DNA from: Mytilus trossulus
Lineage: Eukaryota
Direction of reading: 5' to 3'
Assembly (NCBI RefSeq): GCF_036588685.1
Contig: NC_086374.1
Location: 88,164,001 to 88,228,000, forward strand
DNA: 64,000 nucleotides
Each line of letters begins with the position of its first letter. The first letter of the stretch is position 1. The position numbers were made by a program, and so were the translations under genes. The notes beneath the pieces were generated by a model. The model saw nothing but the letters and a program-made list of their open reading frames with translations. It ran no database searches and was not told where the DNA came from. Positions 61,701-64,000 of the stretch are shown piece by piece.

Positions 61701-64000
61701 AATCATTTAGTTAGTCTCTGTGTTCTCAGAATTAAAAAAAATATCAATGTCCATAATATTGCTTTTAGAGTTCAGGGACTCGTCCACCAACTAATAACTA
61801 CGAAAAAGATCTTATCTAAATTGGCTATTTCCATCAATATAGCAAATACATCGGGATTTCATTTTGTTCGGAAGTGATATACATCTCCTTAGAAGCAAAT
61901 TCTTTAAAGGTGGAATATGTCAGTTGGAAAAGAGTTTTGATTAGGAAAATCTATACAAGAAACACATTTTACTCTTGTCCATATCTTTAACCAAACTCCC
62001 TGCCCGTAATCATCTTTTATTCTGTATGCTGGAGTATATCTGAGGCGACAAAAACCTAACGAAAACTCCTGATTTCTTTAGGCAATAGATCGATTAAAAC
62101 AATAGGAAAATAGCCTCAAGAATGGAATAAGATTATAAACGATCTGTTATCAAATCTTACTCCATAAATAAAGAAAAAATGCACTGTTTTTTTCTTAGAA
62201 AACCAATTCACTTGCTACGATTTGCAGAGCAGACATTGTTTCTGGTCTTCTCAGCATGTTCCTTCATTTTACTATTTTCCTTGTTCCCAATCATTTTTTC
62301 TTAACAGTATCACATTAGTATGCCTTTAATTATTCCATGACTTCCGCATGCTAGCTAACATATTAAAAGCATGTCAATCAAAAACATTAAAACTATCATT
62401 TAAAAGAGCCTTTTCTAATAACAAAACAAAAATAAAACTTTGTTTTTAACAACGGTGATTCACCTTTTCCGTGAAATCCATTTCATAATGTTTGCTTCAT
62501 ATTGGATTATGTTTGTAAAGTTCATATGCATGCATAAACATAAATTTACACTAGTACACATCACATGCTACTATGCTCTGGTTTGTTACATGAAAGTATC
62601 TTGTATTAATGACTGTTTATCAATGAGGATATAATCACAATTGCTTGCTTGTGTCGTTTTTTATATGGCTTTTATAAGGAAAAATACATGTTTCAAGGCA
62701 TTTAATACGGCTATACTTCGTGTATATTTTAAAGAATTTATTCAGCGTTTGTCAAATTTTTATAGTGAAGTTATTTCAAAACAGAGGTTTTATTTCCATT
62801 CATAAAGCGTAGTGAGTATTTAGATTTTCAAAGCTAACATCGTTCGATTTTTCGCCTTTCAAAGTTCAGATCGACTATTGAGAAGACATCATGAAAAGAT
62901 CGAGACCAGAATAGGAATTAACACGTGATGTGTTTGCTTTTATGACATTCGCGGCAGACACTAGCGTTTTGAATCGATTTCAACAATTAATTGTGGGGAG
63001 AAATGGTAATGAGACAGTAACAAAAATGTTTCCTGTATTCAGTTGAGTTTTGCTGAACCCTTCTCAAACGTGTTTGTTTTTATTATTCGTTAAATAAATA
63101 GTAAGCAAAGTGTTTAACTTCTTAACAGTAAATCTCGTATATTTTCCTTTTCAACTATAGTAATGGCTTTATATAGTATAATATGCTATGATATTCTCTT
63201 TCCCGAAGCCGAAATTCGCCGTTTCAGAATCTAATGGATTGTTAATAATTATAATTTTCGTAGCACAAAACAAAAATAACGGCATTTCATTTTTTGAATT
63301 CATACTATTTAAGTGTGTGCCTTAGAAAATATTTCCCTGTATACAAGTATATTCGAACAAAGTTATTTGATACAATAATTTGATTAAACATCTTTATCTT
63401 TACTAAAATTGACCCAAATCGTATTCCCACTTCTCGATTCCTTTATTAAGTTGCCTTTTTCTTTAATTAAACAAAATAACTCATCAAACTACAAATACGT
63501 TTACAAAAAATGTTATAATGAATAAAATGTAGCTTCGTGATTGCGTGGACTCGCATTGCATCAGTTTAGAATATTTGTTTTAACAAATTGAAAATAACAC
63601 AAATGGGAGCTATAACCGATATCATATCAACAATTTTCAAGCATTAATGTCATATTAAATAAAGATCTGTTTGGATAGCAATAATAAAAATTAACTGTTA
63701 TATTCAATAACCATTTCTATTCCCTAGAAATTAATGACTATAAACATACCCTAATCAATCATCGGTCATTACTACCGTTTGTTTTGGCTAACACTAAAAA
63801 AATAATTGAATAGCAAAAGGCACAGCAAAAATTGCTCACATAACAAGATGAAATTGATTAGAGTTGACACAATTTCCCATGGGATACTACATCACCGGAA
63901 GTAAAGAGAAAATTGATTGCCGATCATCAGCATATAATGTTGATGGGATATCACATACTAAAAAAATAAAAATCTTTAAATATGTTCTTTTTTCAACAAA

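Noticed and set aside
58260-64000. Search for upstream GABBR1 exons (GC..S..AE...WN motif)
   Set aside because: Not found by eye on the minus strand; probably outside the window.

Overview
AT-rich, intron-rich eukaryotic DNA; the repeat families resemble those of a bivalve mollusc (Mytilus-like, inferred). Two convergent genes are present. (1) The last coding exon of a fibrinogen-related domain (FReD) gene (+, 2492-2739). (2) A 5'-partial GABA-B receptor subunit 1 gene (-), reconstructed as 16 GT-AG exons from 58254 to 9517 with consistent phases (2172 nt, 723 aa plus stop). The GABBR1 introns are packed with mobile DNA: a decayed 6.3-kb Academ (AcademX, XPG+Cys-rich) transposon interrupted by a poly(A)-tailed retro-insertion, a 5'-truncated Penelope-like RT element inserted 7 nt behind a splice donor, hammerhead-carrying retrozyme-like units, a tRNA-SINE, Kolobok-like TTAA elements, MITEs and long-hairpin elements. 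The most notable observation is in the 3' UTR of the Penelope-like element: a form-II SECIS followed by a circularly permuted (P5-type) twister-ribozyme-like fold. The same fold, with compensatory base changes, recurs in other dispersed repeat families and in a ~197-bp tandem repeat. All calls were made by eye; no database searches or folding programs were run.
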